The notes: generated by a model not told the origin, from the letters alone. Shown: positions 26,124 to 35,875, numbered from the stretch's first letter. The stretch is DNA of 36,387 nt from Candidatus Hermodarchaeota archaeon (GCA_016840065.1 JAEOTB010000042.1:1-36387); one strand, 5' to 3'. Numbers and translations: made by a program.

Positions 26124-27839
26124 ATGGTGCAGAACCGTGATATTGCAAGAGTTTTCTATGAGATTGCAGATATTTTGGACTTGCTGGGGGACCGGTTTAA
26201 AACTAGAGCCTATCGTCGTGCAGCCCGCTCCATTGAGGGGCTCTCCGAGCACCTTGCTGACATTGCAGCCCGAGGAGCCCTTGAAGAGATTCCCGGGGTT
26301 GGAAAAGCGATTTCAGGGAAGATTCAGGAGTTTCTCAAGACAGGGAAAGTAAAAGCCCTTGATGAGCTGCGGAGAAAGGTTTCCCCTGGCTTAATTGAGA
26401 TACTCCGGATACCTGAAGTGGGCCCTCGTACTGTGCAAACTCTTCACGAAAAACTAGGTATCAGTACGATTGAGGAGTTGCAGAAGGCGCTTGAAGAACA
26501 TCGGATTCGTGACCTGCCTGGCTTTGGTGAACGGAGTGAGGAGAGTATTCGCCGCAACCTCGAATTGTACCTCAAACAGCGCCAGCGAAGACCTCTCAGT
26601 TCAGCATATCATCTCGCACAAAAACTACTAAAAATCCTTAGAGAGGTTCCTGGCGTTGAACAGATTGAACCCGCTGGAAGCCTTCGACGATGGCGGGAAA
26701 CTGTGGGAGACCTTGACATTTTGATTGCTTCGGAGAAGCCAGTACCCATAATGAAGGCGTTTACTGAAATCTCTGATGTTAAGCAGGTTCTCGCTCATGG
26801 TTCAACGAAATCAAGCATTATCCTTAGTGATGGGATGCAAGTAGATTTGCGAGTGGTCAAGCCTGAGAATTTTGGTGCTGCCCTGCAATATTTCACGGGG
26901 TCGAAAGCGCACAATATTGTGTTGCGTCGTATCGCCCAGAAAAGGAAGTGGAAGTTGAGCGAGTATAGTCTAAGCGATACCAAGGATGGCAGCGTCATTG
27001 CCCAGCGAACGGAGGCTGAAATCTACGAGGCTCTGGGAATGTCATGGGTTCCACCTGAACTCCGTGAAGACACGGGAGAGATTGAAGCTGCACAGAAAAA
27101 TCAGCTCCCAAAGCTGGTGGAACTCGGTGATATTCGTGGAGATCTGCACGTGCACACGAAATGGAGTGATGGCAGAGACACCGTCGAAGCAATGGCAAAG
27201 GCTGCTATCCAGAGGGGATACGAGTACATTGTTATCAGTGACCATTCAAAGCGAGTAAGAATAGCGAAGGGGCTGGCTGAGGAAAAACTACGGGAACAGA
27301 TTGAGGAAATTCGAAAGATAGACGAAGCACTCACTGATATCCGCATTCTGTCGGGTGTTGAGGTAGAGATTCTTTCGGATGGAACACTTGATCTTACTGA
27401 TGATGCGTTGGCTGAAACTGATGTTGTCACTGCCTCAATCCACTTTGACACGAGAGGCTCTGAAGAAGAGATGACAGAGCGCTTTCTTCAAGCGATGGAA
27501 AACAAGTATGTTGATATCCTTGCCCACCCTACAGGTCGGTTAGTTGGTCAACGCCCCTCTTATTCAGTAAATCTAGACAAGCTGATGGAGGCTGCCAAGC
27601 GTCACGGTGTGTTTCTTGAGATTAACTCTTATCGTTTTGATTTATCAGCTGTTGAAGCGCGGCGGGCTAGGGAACGGGGGCTCAAGCTGGCTGTGAACAG
27701 TGACGCTCATTGGGCAATGGGACTCGAAATAATGAAGTTTGGTGTAGCTGTGGCGAGGAGAGGATGGCTAGAAGCAGGAGATGTCATCAATACTCTCTCC
27801 TTTACGAAGCTCCGTCAGATATTCAAGCACATCCATTAG
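26124..27839 (+). CDS. polX: DNA polymerase X with C-terminal PHP domain
   Basis: AYRRAARSI, HhH IPGVGKAI, AGSLRRWRETVGDLDIL, QVDLRV, LQYFTGSKAHN, PPELRED; PHP motifs DLHVHT, ISDHS, LAHPTGR, NSDAH. Confidence 0.95.
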   Translation: MVQNRDIARVFYEIADILDLLGDRFKTRAYRRAARSIEGLSEHLADIAARGALEEIPGVGKAISGKIQEFLKTGKVKALDELRRKVSPGLIEILRIPEVGPRTVQTLHEKLGISTIEELQKALEEHRIRDLPGFGERSEESIRRNLELYLKQRQRRPLSSAYHLAQKLLKILREVPGVEQIEPAGSLRRWRETVGDLDILIASEKPVPIMKAFTEISDVKQVLAHGSTKSSIILSDGMQVDLRVVKPENFGAALQYFTGSKAHNIVLRRIAQKRKWKLSEYSLSDTKDGSVIAQRTEAEIYEALGMSWVPPELREDTGEIEAAQKNQLPKLVELGDIRGDLHVHTKWSDGRDTVEAMAKAAIQRGYEYIVISDHSKRVRIAKGLAEEKLREQIEEIRKIDEALTDIRILSGVEVEILSDGTLDLTDDALAETDVVTASIHFDTRGSEEEMTERFLQAMENKYVDILAHPTGRLVGQRPSYSVNLDKLMEAAKRHGVFLEINSYRFDLSAVEARRARERGLKLAVNSDAHWAMGLEIMKFGVAVARRGWLEAGDVINTLSFTKLRQIFKHIH

Positions 27840-27872
27840 ATAGGGGGTTTCGTTGCCCTTTTGGGTAATGAT

Positions 27873-28727
27873 TCATTTTCTTCTGGCTTTTACGATCCCC
27901 ACAGGTAGGTGCTCTTCACCGTGCTGTTGGAGCTTTTCATAAGCTGCGTTCCACCGTTGTAAGAGATTTTCCCTAATTTTCTCATCTTCAATCTTCCCAA
28001 CAATCACCCTTGGGACACAAGCTAGAAAGTGTGGCTGATCTATTTCCATTATCATTGAATCGGTCACTTCTCCTCCTGCACTTTCAACTAATTTAGTTAA
28101 TTTTTCGAGGGGAAGGTAGTGGATATCATCTTTCTCTCCAGTTCGGGCCTGGAATATCTCTTCTCGAAGGTTATACATTTCCAGATGAGCCTTCTGAGCC
28201 TTCGTCTTGGCGATTGGCAGGGATTCTGCTATGAAAATCCGTGGAGATAGTCTTAGCATTTCTTTAAGAATTTGAGTGATTGTTGATTCATTTCGAAAAC
28301 TTCGTATTCCGTGAACTACTACGGCGAGATTGAAGCATTCATATTGTAATGGTAACTTGGTCGCATCGTGGGAAAGAGGGATTACTCGTTGCTTCATTCC
28401 TGCTTGGATTAGGATTTCTTCGACGAATCGCCATCTCCCAATGTCAACGGTAACGACTCTTCCTTGGTCACCTACTAGATGTGCTAGTACGGTTGTGGTT
28501 ATTGCGTGGGCCCCACAGCCAATTTCAAGTATGTTCATACCGGCTTCGATGTTTGCTTCTCTGAGAACCTTGTATCGTTCAATCATTTCAAAGTGAAGCC
28601 AGAAGGGGGCGGGTTCCTGTGAGCCACGTTTAGGAATTCGTCTGATTATTTCCGCGAATTCACTGTCTAGCTTTTCAAGCCTCGTTTGAAATTCGTCGCT
28701 ACTAGCCATTGTAAACTCAGTATCCAC
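27873..28727 (-). CDS. Class I SAM-dependent methyltransferase
   Basis: ILEIGCGAHA motif I, VVTVDIG, HDATKLP, ILKEMLR. Confidence 0.85.
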   Translation of the reverse strand: MDTEFTMASSDEFQTRLEKLDSEFAEIIRRIPKRGSQEPAPFWLHFEMIERYKVLREANIEAGMNILEIGCGAHAITTTVLAHLVGDQGRVVTVDIGRWRFVEEILIQAGMKQRVIPLSHDATKLPLQYECFNLAVVVHGIRSFRNESTITQILKEMLRLSPRIFIAESLPIAKTKAQKAHLEMYNLREEIFQARTGEKDDIHYLPLEKLTKLVESAGGEVTDSMIMEIDQPHFLACVPRVIVGKIEDEKIRENLLQRWNAAYEKLQQHGEEHLPVGIVKARRK

Positions 28728-28769
28728 TAGGGCGCTTGTAGTAATTATATGTTGAACCGCTGATGCTGT

Positions 28770-30269
28770 TTAGTATGTTCGAGCGATGTAGGTGACAGCG
28801 TTCGCTGTTTTCCCGCAGACAACACAGGGACCCCAGGGCTTCTCTTTCCGATCGAGTCGTGTTCCTCGGGTTTCACCGCCAGTTTCTTCCTTGATTTGAT
28901 CCGAACAAGCTTCACCCTCTAGCTCCATGGTACAGAAGCTTACCCGGGCAACCTGTTTGTCCTGAAGAACCTGTTCAATCTCTTTGATACTGTTGGCATC
29001 ACGAATCGCACCGGTGAATCGTTCCTTGGCACGCCTGAACAGCTCCTTTGTTAACTCCTTACCGAGTTGCTGAATCTTCTTCTTCAAACTGGCTAGCGGC
29101 ACAACAATGCGCTCACGAGAGTCTCGACGGAAGACGGTCGCGGTTTTTTCCTCCACTTCACGATTGCCAATTTCAAGGCGGAGCGGAACCCCTCGCATTT
29201 CCCAATGATAATACTTGTCACCCGGGCGGCGATCAGTGTTGTCAGTGTGAACCCTGAAACCTGCCTTAAGGAGCTTCTTCTCTAACTCTTTACATCGTTT
29301 CTCTACGGCCTGCTTTAAGCCCTTTTTCGGAATTGGAATGATAACGACTTGTATCGGGGCTAGTTCGAAGGGAAGGAGCAGACCATCGTCGTCACCGTGG
29401 ACAGCAATAAGCCCTCCGTAGATGCGGCTAATCGCGGGGCCATAGCATGTCTGGAAGGCGTATTGTTCTTTCTCGTCTTCGTCGATGTATTTGATGCCGA
29501 AGGCTCTGGCGAAGTGGTCTCCTAGATAGTGGGTGGACGGCAGCTGCATTAGTCGTCCGTCTGGCATGAGTGTGTCCGCAGCACAGGTGTACACAGCCCC
29601 TGCGAATTTGTCCCATTGTGGACGTTTGAAGGTGATTGCTGGGATGCCGAAGCGTTTTGTCACAACGTTCTCTGTCATTTGCATGTCTTCTAGTACTTGA
29701 GCCTCTGCCTCCTCACTTGTGGCAAAGACATCGTGGGCTTCTAGCCAATAGAATTCCCGGCTTCTTAGGAATGGACGGGTCATCTTACCCTCATAGCGCC
29801 AGACCTGGCAGCTTTGGTAGCGCTTGAAGGGAAGGTCACGCCAGCTGCGAAGCCAGAGCTTGTACATCGGATACATCGCTGATTCGCTGGTTGGTCGGAG
29901 AGCTAGTGGATCCTCGAAGGTGTAATCCTTCCCTGCTCGAGTTACCCAGAAGACCTCCGGTGTGAAGCCTTCAACGTGATTCGCCTCTTGTTCTAGGTTG
30001 GCTGAGGGGATAAGGGCAGGGAATATGACGGGCTGATGGCCATGGCGTTCAAGCTCTTTTTCGTAGATGTCGTACATAATCTTCATTGTCATGACCGACC
30101 AGGCGCGGAAAACTACAAACCCTTTGACGCCGTACCTTAGGTCTGATAGCTCCGCTCGCTTATTGATCTCGGTGAACCAGTTACTGAAGTCTTCTCTCTT
30201 GTTGAAGTGGAAGGTTACTGGTTCCTCCGTGGCTGTTTGCGTTTCTTTCGAGTGTTTTGATTTTGTCAT
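28770..30269 (-). CDS. proS: Prolyl-tRNA synthetase (archaeal/eukaryote type)
   Basis: FSNWFTEI, HVEGFTPEVFWVT, LRPTSE, WRYE...RPFLRSREFYW, anticodon domain LAPIQVVIIP/GVPLRLEIG, C-terminal Zn domain and terminal ARTY. ATG at 30269 (ORF open from 30278). Confidence 0.96.
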   Translation of the reverse strand: MTKSKHSKETQTATEEPVTFHFNKREDFSNWFTEINKRAELSDLRYGVKGFVVFRAWSVMTMKIMYDIYEKELERHGHQPVIFPALIPSANLEQEANHVEGFTPEVFWVTRAGKDYTFEDPLALRPTSESAMYPMYKLWLRSWRDLPFKRYQSCQVWRYEGKMTRPFLRSREFYWLEAHDVFATSEEAEAQVLEDMQMTENVVTKRFGIPAITFKRPQWDKFAGAVYTCAADTLMPDGRLMQLPSTHYLGDHFARAFGIKYIDEDEKEQYAFQTCYGPAISRIYGGLIAVHGDDDGLLLPFELAPIQVVIIPIPKKGLKQAVEKRCKELEKKLLKAGFRVHTDNTDRRPGDKYYHWEMRGVPLRLEIGNREVEEKTATVFRRDSRERIVVPLASLKKKIQQLGKELTKELFRRAKERFTGAIRDANSIKEIEQVLQDKQVARVSFCTMELEGEACSDQIKEETGGETRGTRLDRKEKPWGPCVVCGKTANAVTYIARTY

Positions 30270-30550
30270 AGAATTCACCTGCCGTTGGTCTCACCACTGC
30301 TATCGACGAGTACCAGCGGAAAAAGTGTATCGAGTATAGTCCAAGCTAGGCGGAGGGTCTTAGTGACCAAGTTGGAGGCTGGGAAAATGAACACCTAGCA
30401 TTGTTCTAACCTCGGAGCTTCTGACTATATCAAACCTTAAAAAACCTTCTCTTTCTGTGCATCATTCTTGCTATATACACTAACTGTGTGACAATTTTTT
30501 TACTAGAGGACACAATTGTAGAAGAACCTGTATTTGTTGAGGGTAAGAGT

Positions 30551-31513
30551 ATGACTTCGAGCCAAGAGATTTTTGATTCGTTGATTATTGGAGCAGGACC
30601 TGCGGGGCTTTCTGCAGCTCTTCATCTGGGATTTCAACGTCGGAAAGTTGTAGTCGTAGATCGCCGCAGTTCACCGATGTACTTCTACACTAACCCTGTG
30701 AATAACTACCCAGGGGTTAAGCCAAACTGTAGTGGTGTCCAGATTCTGAAAAAAATTCAGGGAGAGGTTAGTGAATATGGTATTCCCATTCAAAGCGGTA
30801 ATGTGATCAGCATCCAAGGGAAGTGTCCTGATTTCGAAGTCGAAGTTCTACCAAAACGGCGTACAGCACCTCCAACGATGTTTAAGGCTAAGACCTTGGT
30901 ATTTGCTACAGGTACAGCTAGGATGCACCCATGCGTGAAAGGGGATTGGCGGCGGTGGTTACGTTACGCTGGAAAACAGAATATTAGCTTTTACTGCCCT
31001 GAGTGCGAGAGCCCCTTGACCACAGGGAAAGATATTATCGTTGTAAATACAGGGACGGTAAATTCAGCCTTGTATATTGCTAATCGGGTCAAACCATTTG
31101 CTAAAAGAATCCGCATCTTCATGACTGAAGATAGCTACATGCCCTTCAAGGAAGAAGACAAGGATATTCTTGACAGATCAAGGTTCGAGTGGACAAGTGG
31201 ACTAATTGAACGTATTGAAGCTGCCACTCCAGGGGAAAACCAGCGATTAATCACAACAACAGAGCAGGTGTTCGAGTGTAACCATTTCTTCGTTGCCTGG
31301 GTAGCAATACCCCGCAGTGAGTTAGCTGTGAAGATGGGGGTTGAAGTCGATCAGAAGGGCAATATAATCACTGACCATCGGGGAAAGACCAACGTCGAAG
31401 GCGTATGGGCGGCGGGTGACATCCGCCCGATTACTCAATCAGTAGCCATGGCTGTTGGCACAGGTAACTACGCTGGAGTGATGATAGATCACTTTCTCCG
31501 AAAGCTAGACTAG
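30551..31513 (+). CDS. Thioredoxin reductase-like FAD-dependent oxidoreductase
   Basis: IIGAGPAGLSAA, FATG, FYCPECE redox motif, TNVEGVWAAGDI. ATG at 30551. Confidence 0.85.
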   Translation: MTSSQEIFDSLIIGAGPAGLSAALHLGFQRRKVVVVDRRSSPMYFYTNPVNNYPGVKPNCSGVQILKKIQGEVSEYGIPIQSGNVISIQGKCPDFEVEVLPKRRTAPPTMFKAKTLVFATGTARMHPCVKGDWRRWLRYAGKQNISFYCPECESPLTTGKDIIVVNTGTVNSALYIANRVKPFAKRIRIFMTEDSYMPFKEEDKDILDRSRFEWTSGLIERIEAATPGENQRLITTTEQVFECNHFFVAWVAIPRSELAVKMGVEVDQKGNIITDHRGKTNVEGVWAAGDIRPITQSVAMAVGTGNYAGVMIDHFLRKLD

Positions 31514-31543
31514 TAGACCTCTTGGAATCGTCAAGATACACTT

Positions 31544-32755
31544 CTAGTAGAAGGAGGGTTGCTGTTCGTAGACGTGCTTGGGAGGTTTCATTTTCCCAGT
31601 TTTTTCTGGTGATAGCACTTCTACAAGCTCGTAGTCTCGTTTCCCTAGTCCGTATTTTTCAGCATAGTCTATTACTAGGTAGGGATCTTTCATTTCACCC
31701 CAAATCCGTTGGAATGGATGGAGTTTTGCCTTCGGATCAAGGTTTGTGTGTTTGAAATAGGGAGGAATTGCCTGCTCGATTAGACCTTCTTGGGCTATGA
31801 GGTCTAATGTTGCCATATCGACGGCGACAATATCATGGCTCGCAATTAACCCTATTTCCGGAACGATTATGGGTTGACAAAGACCCATACAATCGCAGTG
31901 GGGAGTGATTTGTAGTGCAAAGTTTAGGTAGAAACATTTGTTCTTGTCGAAGGTATCTAAGACTTGCTTTGTCGCAACTGCCATCATTTCCTGGAATGAG
32001 CTGAACGTTTCAGGGAGCACCTGAAAGGACCCGACATCTTTGTCAACTTTGAGGCATTCCATACAAAGGGAGTTGCGGCAGTTAAACATGACAAATCCCA
32101 TTTTGTGCTTTTCCTTATCATAGCGTAAAGCATTGTAAGGACAGGATTTGACGAGTTTCTCAGCATGTTCAGGTGTGCATTTATCCGCATCCCAGAACGG
32201 AACTGCGTATATGACTCCATGAATCTTTTGCCAACGTGAAGGTCCAGAGTAAGCGCCCAAGGCTAGATTCTTTATTGCACCGCCGTAGCAGCAGGCACCG
32301 TGGCCTTTTGCATGCGTTAGGTCGATTAATGCGTCAGCGTCGTGCATGACGCCACCCAGGTCTAAGTCCTCGACATTGGCAAAGTCTACCTTGACCGATT
32401 TTGTATACCCGTCTTTGACTCCAGCAACAGGGATGATTGGGCACCCGCAGGTCTCGGCTGTGTAACCCCGGTCAGCGGCATTGTAGACTGAAGTCGGATT
32501 ATCAGTGATAAAGGGCCAGCCACCAGCCTCTTTCACGGCTTTTACAACTCGCCGGACGAAAAACACTGGGACTGTTTGATAGCCATCTTGGAATCCTAGA
32601 TGCATCTTTATGGCTACTTTGTCTTTTTCTTCGATGGTTGAGAAGTCTAGTTTCTCGATGATTTTGTCCATCTTTGCTCCGAGGGAGGCAAATAGAGCGT
32701 CTCGGCCCTGTTGGATAGAGCCAAAATACACCTTTGTTTTAGCCATTATAACCAC
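31544..32755 (-). CDS. DUF362-domain Fe-S protein
   Basis: KVAIKMHLG, THAKGH...GGAIKNLALG, ITPHCDC, ASHDIVAVDMATLD, YAEKYGLG. Confidence 0.85.
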   Translation of the reverse strand: MVIMAKTKVYFGSIQQGRDALFASLGAKMDKIIEKLDFSTIEEKDKVAIKMHLGFQDGYQTVPVFFVRRVVKAVKEAGGWPFITDNPTSVYNAADRGYTAETCGCPIIPVAGVKDGYTKSVKVDFANVEDLDLGGVMHDADALIDLTHAKGHGACCYGGAIKNLALGAYSGPSRWQKIHGVIYAVPFWDADKCTPEHAEKLVKSCPYNALRYDKEKHKMGFVMFNCRNSLCMECLKVDKDVGSFQVLPETFSSFQEMMAVATKQVLDTFDKNKCFYLNFALQITPHCDCMGLCQPIIVPEIGLIASHDIVAVDMATLDLIAQEGLIEQAIPPYFKHTNLDPKAKLHPFQRIWGEMKDPYLVIDYAEKYGLGKRDYELVEVLSPEKTGKMKPPKHVYEQQPSFY

Positions 32756-32824
32756 GAACTATTCTCAGTAAGTGAGAATACTGGTGCATTATATGATAAA
32801 AACATTACCATATAGTGAGAAAAA

Positions 32825-34009
32825 TCATCTGATTCGGCTTTTCAGTTCCTGAAGGGCAGACGGTATCTGTTCTAGTTTTTCCGGTCGACTCTTTGCAGTT
32901 AGTATCACATCATCGTCGATCTTGAGGACACGAAGTTCAGGGCAAGAGAAAAGTGGAGAAATATCAACCCTTTCTAAGGGATTGCCTTGAAGCTCAATTT
33001 GCTGGATTTTGGGGCAATGTTGTAGGCCCCAGAGATCTATATCACTCAGCTTGTTTTCTGAGAGGGTTAGGAATTGCAGGTTTTGACTGTGTTGCAAGTT
33101 ATCTAGCTTTATATCCTTCAACCGATTTCCAGCAAGATCGAGTGTTCTCAACCCTGAGCAATTACGAAGAGCCCGAATATCGATTCTGATTAGCTGGTTA
33201 CCCCTGAGAGATAGCCTCTGTAAATCTGTACAATTTCGCAGAGGTTCAAGTTCAATATTGGCTAATTGGTTCCAGCTAAGAGTCAATTCAGCAAGGTCTC
33301 GGCAATACCCCAAGGGATCGATGTCTATCTTCTCAAGTTTGTTTAGAAATAAATGAAGAGCCTGAAAATCCTGACACTTACTAAGGGGCTTCAGGTCAAC
33401 TCTAGTTAGCTTATTACGATAGAGATCGAGGGACTGAAGGTTTGTACAACTCTTGAGGGGATCAAGGTTTACTTTTACTAGTTTGTTTCCTGCAAGGTTC
33501 AGGGTTTGGAGACTACTACAGTTGCTGAGTGGAGTAAGGTTTATCGTTCTTAGGTGATTTTCTGAAAGATCAAGCTCTAACAGGCTAGGACACTCTTGAA
33601 GAGGCTTTAAGTCTACGGTGGAGATACGGTTGAAAGAAAAAGATATTGATTGTATTCTAGGACCTTGTAGAAGCCTGAGATTTACCTTTGATAACAGGTT
33701 TTCAGAGAAGTCAACCTCTCGAAGACTAGGGTGTCTCCTTAAGGGACTCAATGCAACACGTTTCAATTCATTAGCACGGAGATCTAGCACTTGTAGTTTT
33801 AGGCATCTTTTCAGAGGGCGGAGGTCAATCTTCTGAATACCATTCCCAGCAAGAAATAACACCTGCAATTCGGAACACGCTTCAAGTTGGGAAAGATCAA
33901 TCGAGGCTATTCCAAGAAGGCTGAGTTTAATCGTAGTTTCCTGTGTTGAAATTCTTGTGTCAATGGTTTTCCCTGAACTAGTAGTGAAAGAAAGAAGCGC
34001 TGTTTTCAT
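32825..34009 (-). CDS. Leucine-rich repeat protein (~13 repeats of 24 aa)
   Basis: Repeat unit xxLxxLxLxxNxLxxIDLxPLxxC, e.g. SSLQTLNLAGNKLVKVNLDPLKSC; no signal peptide or TM. Confidence 0.93.
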   Translation of the reverse strand: MKTALLSFTTSSGKTIDTRISTQETTIKLSLLGIASIDLSQLEACSELQVLFLAGNGIQKIDLRPLKRCLKLQVLDLRANELKRVALSPLRRHPSLREVDFSENLLSKVNLRLLQGPRIQSISFSFNRISTVDLKPLQECPSLLELDLSENHLRTINLTPLSNCSSLQTLNLAGNKLVKVNLDPLKSCTNLQSLDLYRNKLTRVDLKPLSKCQDFQALHLFLNKLEKIDIDPLGYCRDLAELTLSWNQLANIELEPLRNCTDLQRLSLRGNQLIRIDIRALRNCSGLRTLDLAGNRLKDIKLDNLQHSQNLQFLTLSENKLSDIDLWGLQHCPKIQQIELQGNPLERVDISPLFSCPELRVLKIDDDVILTAKSRPEKLEQIPSALQELKSRIR

Positions 34010-34090
34010 CGGTCAAACTCCTTAGTTTTGTAACACTGTTACTCGTTTAAGGGTAAATTCTTTTCCAAAAATGAGGAAAGAGAGAAGGCG

Positions 34091-34250
34091 GAGAAGAAAC
34101 CCGACACCGTTGTCCAAATCCTATCCAACTTGGGCGTAGGGCCCGTGTTGGTGTTTGGTTCCTGCATCATGGGCGGGCACCACCCCCTGGGGGGTTGTCA
34201 CCTCCCGCCTCAGCCAAGCGTTTAGGGTCTCCGCCCAACTGGCGGCGACC
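34091..34250 (-). ncRNA. Predicted TnpB omegaRNA scaffold plus guide (TGTCGGGTTTCTTCTC...)
   Basis: Reverse complement matches 1563-1706 and ends GATTTGGACAACGG at 34107. The guide extent is estimated. Confidence 0.7.
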
Positions 34251-35392
34251 AACAACCATAGAAGGTTAAGAGCAGAGTTCAGGTCTCGCGCAATGGCTAG
34301 TCCACACATTCGACAGCGGTAGATTCGCTCTGATAAGGAAATAACTTCTTTGATGTGACCACACCTCGAGCAGCGCTTAGAAGATGGGTAGAAGCGGGAA
34401 GCCTGATAGAGTCGAGAGCCGTACCATCTCGTCTTGTAGGTGAGTTGTCGACGTAGCTCCCCAAACCCCGCATCAGAGATAGCTCTTGCGAGCCTGTGAT
34501 TCTCGAGCATTTCCTCCACACAGAGGTCCTCGATTATAATGACTGACTTGGTTTTCGCCAGCCACGCTGTGACCTTATGGAGGGTGTCTCCTCTGATGTT
34601 GGCGATGCGGGCGTGGAGCCGCTGGAGCCTGAGGCATACTTTTGCCCGGTTTCTACTGCCCCTCTGCTTTCTGGAGAAGCTACGCTGGGCTCTGCGGAGC
34701 TTGCGATCATAACGAGAAAGAGCCCTAGGGTTCGGGAACTTTGTGCCATCAGAAACCGTTAGGAGGGTTTCCAGCCCCCAATCAGCCCCCGCCTGAGGTC
34801 CCGTGTTTTCGGGTACTGTGATGCGTTCTTCCACCTGCACCGATACAAACCACCTGCCTGCCTTCTCCGAGACCGTTGCAGAAAGCACCCGACACCAAAA
34901 GTTCTTGCTGGGCAAGTAGCCCCGCTCCTTCAGACGAATGATGCCGAGTCGGGGGAGCTGGATGCGGTCATTGAAGACTCTTATAGTTCCAGTGAGGCGG
35001 AAGGAGCCCACACCCCGTTTACGGGACTTATAACGGGGGAAGCCGGGTTTCTCCCCATTTTTGAGGCGGCGGAAAAAGTGCCGGAAAGCTCGATCTAGGT
35101 CCCGCAGGGCTTCTTGGGGTGCGCACTTGGACACCTCATACATCCAGGGGAACTGGATGGCTTTGAGTTGGTTGAGTTGGCGGTGGAGCTCCATAGCATT
35201 GGACGATTTTCCAGTCTTCTGGTATTGGCTGAGCTTTTGTGTGAGCCCCCAATTGTAAGCGAAGCGAGCAGTTCCCGAGTGCCGGGAGAGGAGGGTTCGT
35301 TGTTTGTGGTTGGGACGGAGCTCCGTCTTGTAACCTCTGAGGATGAGCATGTTAGGGTTTCGGACGAGGGCTTTAGCTAGGACCATTTTTCC
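34107..35392 (-). mobile_element. Second solo-TnpB element with IS607-type right end; left boundary approximate
   Basis: Colinear with 421-1706; no tnpA adjacent. Confidence 0.75.
34121..35386 (-). CDS. tnpB: RNA-guided endonuclease TnpB, copy 2
   Basis: Same motifs as copy 1 (GADWG, IEDL, CSRCG...CRMCG, RDLN). Starting at MVLAKAL (35386) gives 421 aa, the same length as copy 1. Confidence 0.96.
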   Translation of the reverse strand: MVLAKALVRNPNMLILRGYKTELRPNHKQRTLLSRHSGTARFAYNWGLTQKLSQYQKTGKSSNAMELHRQLNQLKAIQFPWMYEVSKCAPQEALRDLDRAFRHFFRRLKNGEKPGFPRYKSRKRGVGSFRLTGTIRVFNDRIQLPRLGIIRLKERGYLPSKNFWCRVLSATVSEKAGRWFVSVQVEERITVPENTGPQAGADWGLETLLTVSDGTKFPNPRALSRYDRKLRRAQRSFSRKQRGSRNRAKVCLRLQRLHARIANIRGDTLHKVTAWLAKTKSVIIIEDLCVEEMLENHRLARAISDAGFGELRRQLTYKTRWYGSRLYQASRFYPSSKRCSRCGHIKEVISLSERIYRCRMCGLAIARDLNSALNLLWLLVAASWAETLNAWLRREVTTPQGVVPAHDAGTKHQHGPYAQVG

Positions 35393-35613
35393 ACTCCGAC
35401 TTGTTCTTACTAGTCTAAGTGAGTCTTTCACATTTTAACTCCCGGTATTACCCAGCACTAGACCTTACGATATAAGTGGAGGTCTTCCAGAGGAACTAAT
35501 CGATAATAGAGGGTAACCGACGAGTGGGTGTTTTATTACACTGGATTTTTACGCTACAAAGAACCATTCACATCTGTAGGTAAATTCCATCTAAAGAGTA
35601 TTAAAAGAAGAAG

Positions 35614-35741
35614 TGGTGAAGGGGAAGTGCCTCGACACCCTCTGCGAGGACGATTCCCCTTCGAGACCAGTGCATCCGGCTATACGGTTGCTGCTGGTGT
35701 TTGTGGACCTACGTGCCTTCAAAGACACACGATTGTGTGTC
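35614..35741 (-). other. Three consecutive hairpins followed by a U-rich tract (structured 3' region/terminator)
   Basis: Minus strand: GACACAC/GTGTGTC; ACCAG..GCAACCG/CGGATGC.CTGGT; GAAGGGGAA..CCTCG/CGAGG..TTCCCCTTC, then CTTCTTCTTTT. Confidence 0.55.
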
Positions 35742-35752
35742 AGAAGTAAGTG

Positions 35753-35875
35753 TTAATGTCGGGAGAGGAGGATCTGAAGTGCTTTGCGCTGGATTGGCCT
35801 TGCTTGCGGGTTGTGGCATCCGGTGAAGGCACGTTCTGCCTGGGGGGCCTTTGTGAAGTTTATTTTTTCTTTCAT
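35753..35875 (-). CDS. Putative 40-aa basic small protein MKEKINFTKAPQAERAFTGCHNPQARPIQRKALQILLSRH
   Basis: Perfect GGAGGTGA RBS 6 nt before the ATG; below the ORF-track cut-off. Confidence 0.5.
   Translation of the reverse strand: MKEKINFTKAPQAERAFTGCHNPQARPIQRKALQILLSRH

Noticed and set aside
421-35392. Composite transposon bounded by the two inward-facing TnpB elements
   Set aside because: The copies are clearly diverged, no transposase is present, and the interior holds core genes (egsA, proS, tdh). Independent insertions are more plausible.
35387-35431. N-terminal extension of TnpB copy 2 given in the ORF track (436 aa)
   Set aside because: Similarity with copy 1 begins at GGAAAAATGGTC, and starting at 35386 gives an identical 421-aa length.
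35614-35669. SECIS element or selenoprotein
   Set aside because: No gene in the window shows an in-frame TGA at a conserved Cys position. The hairpin plus U-tract is adequately explained as a terminator.
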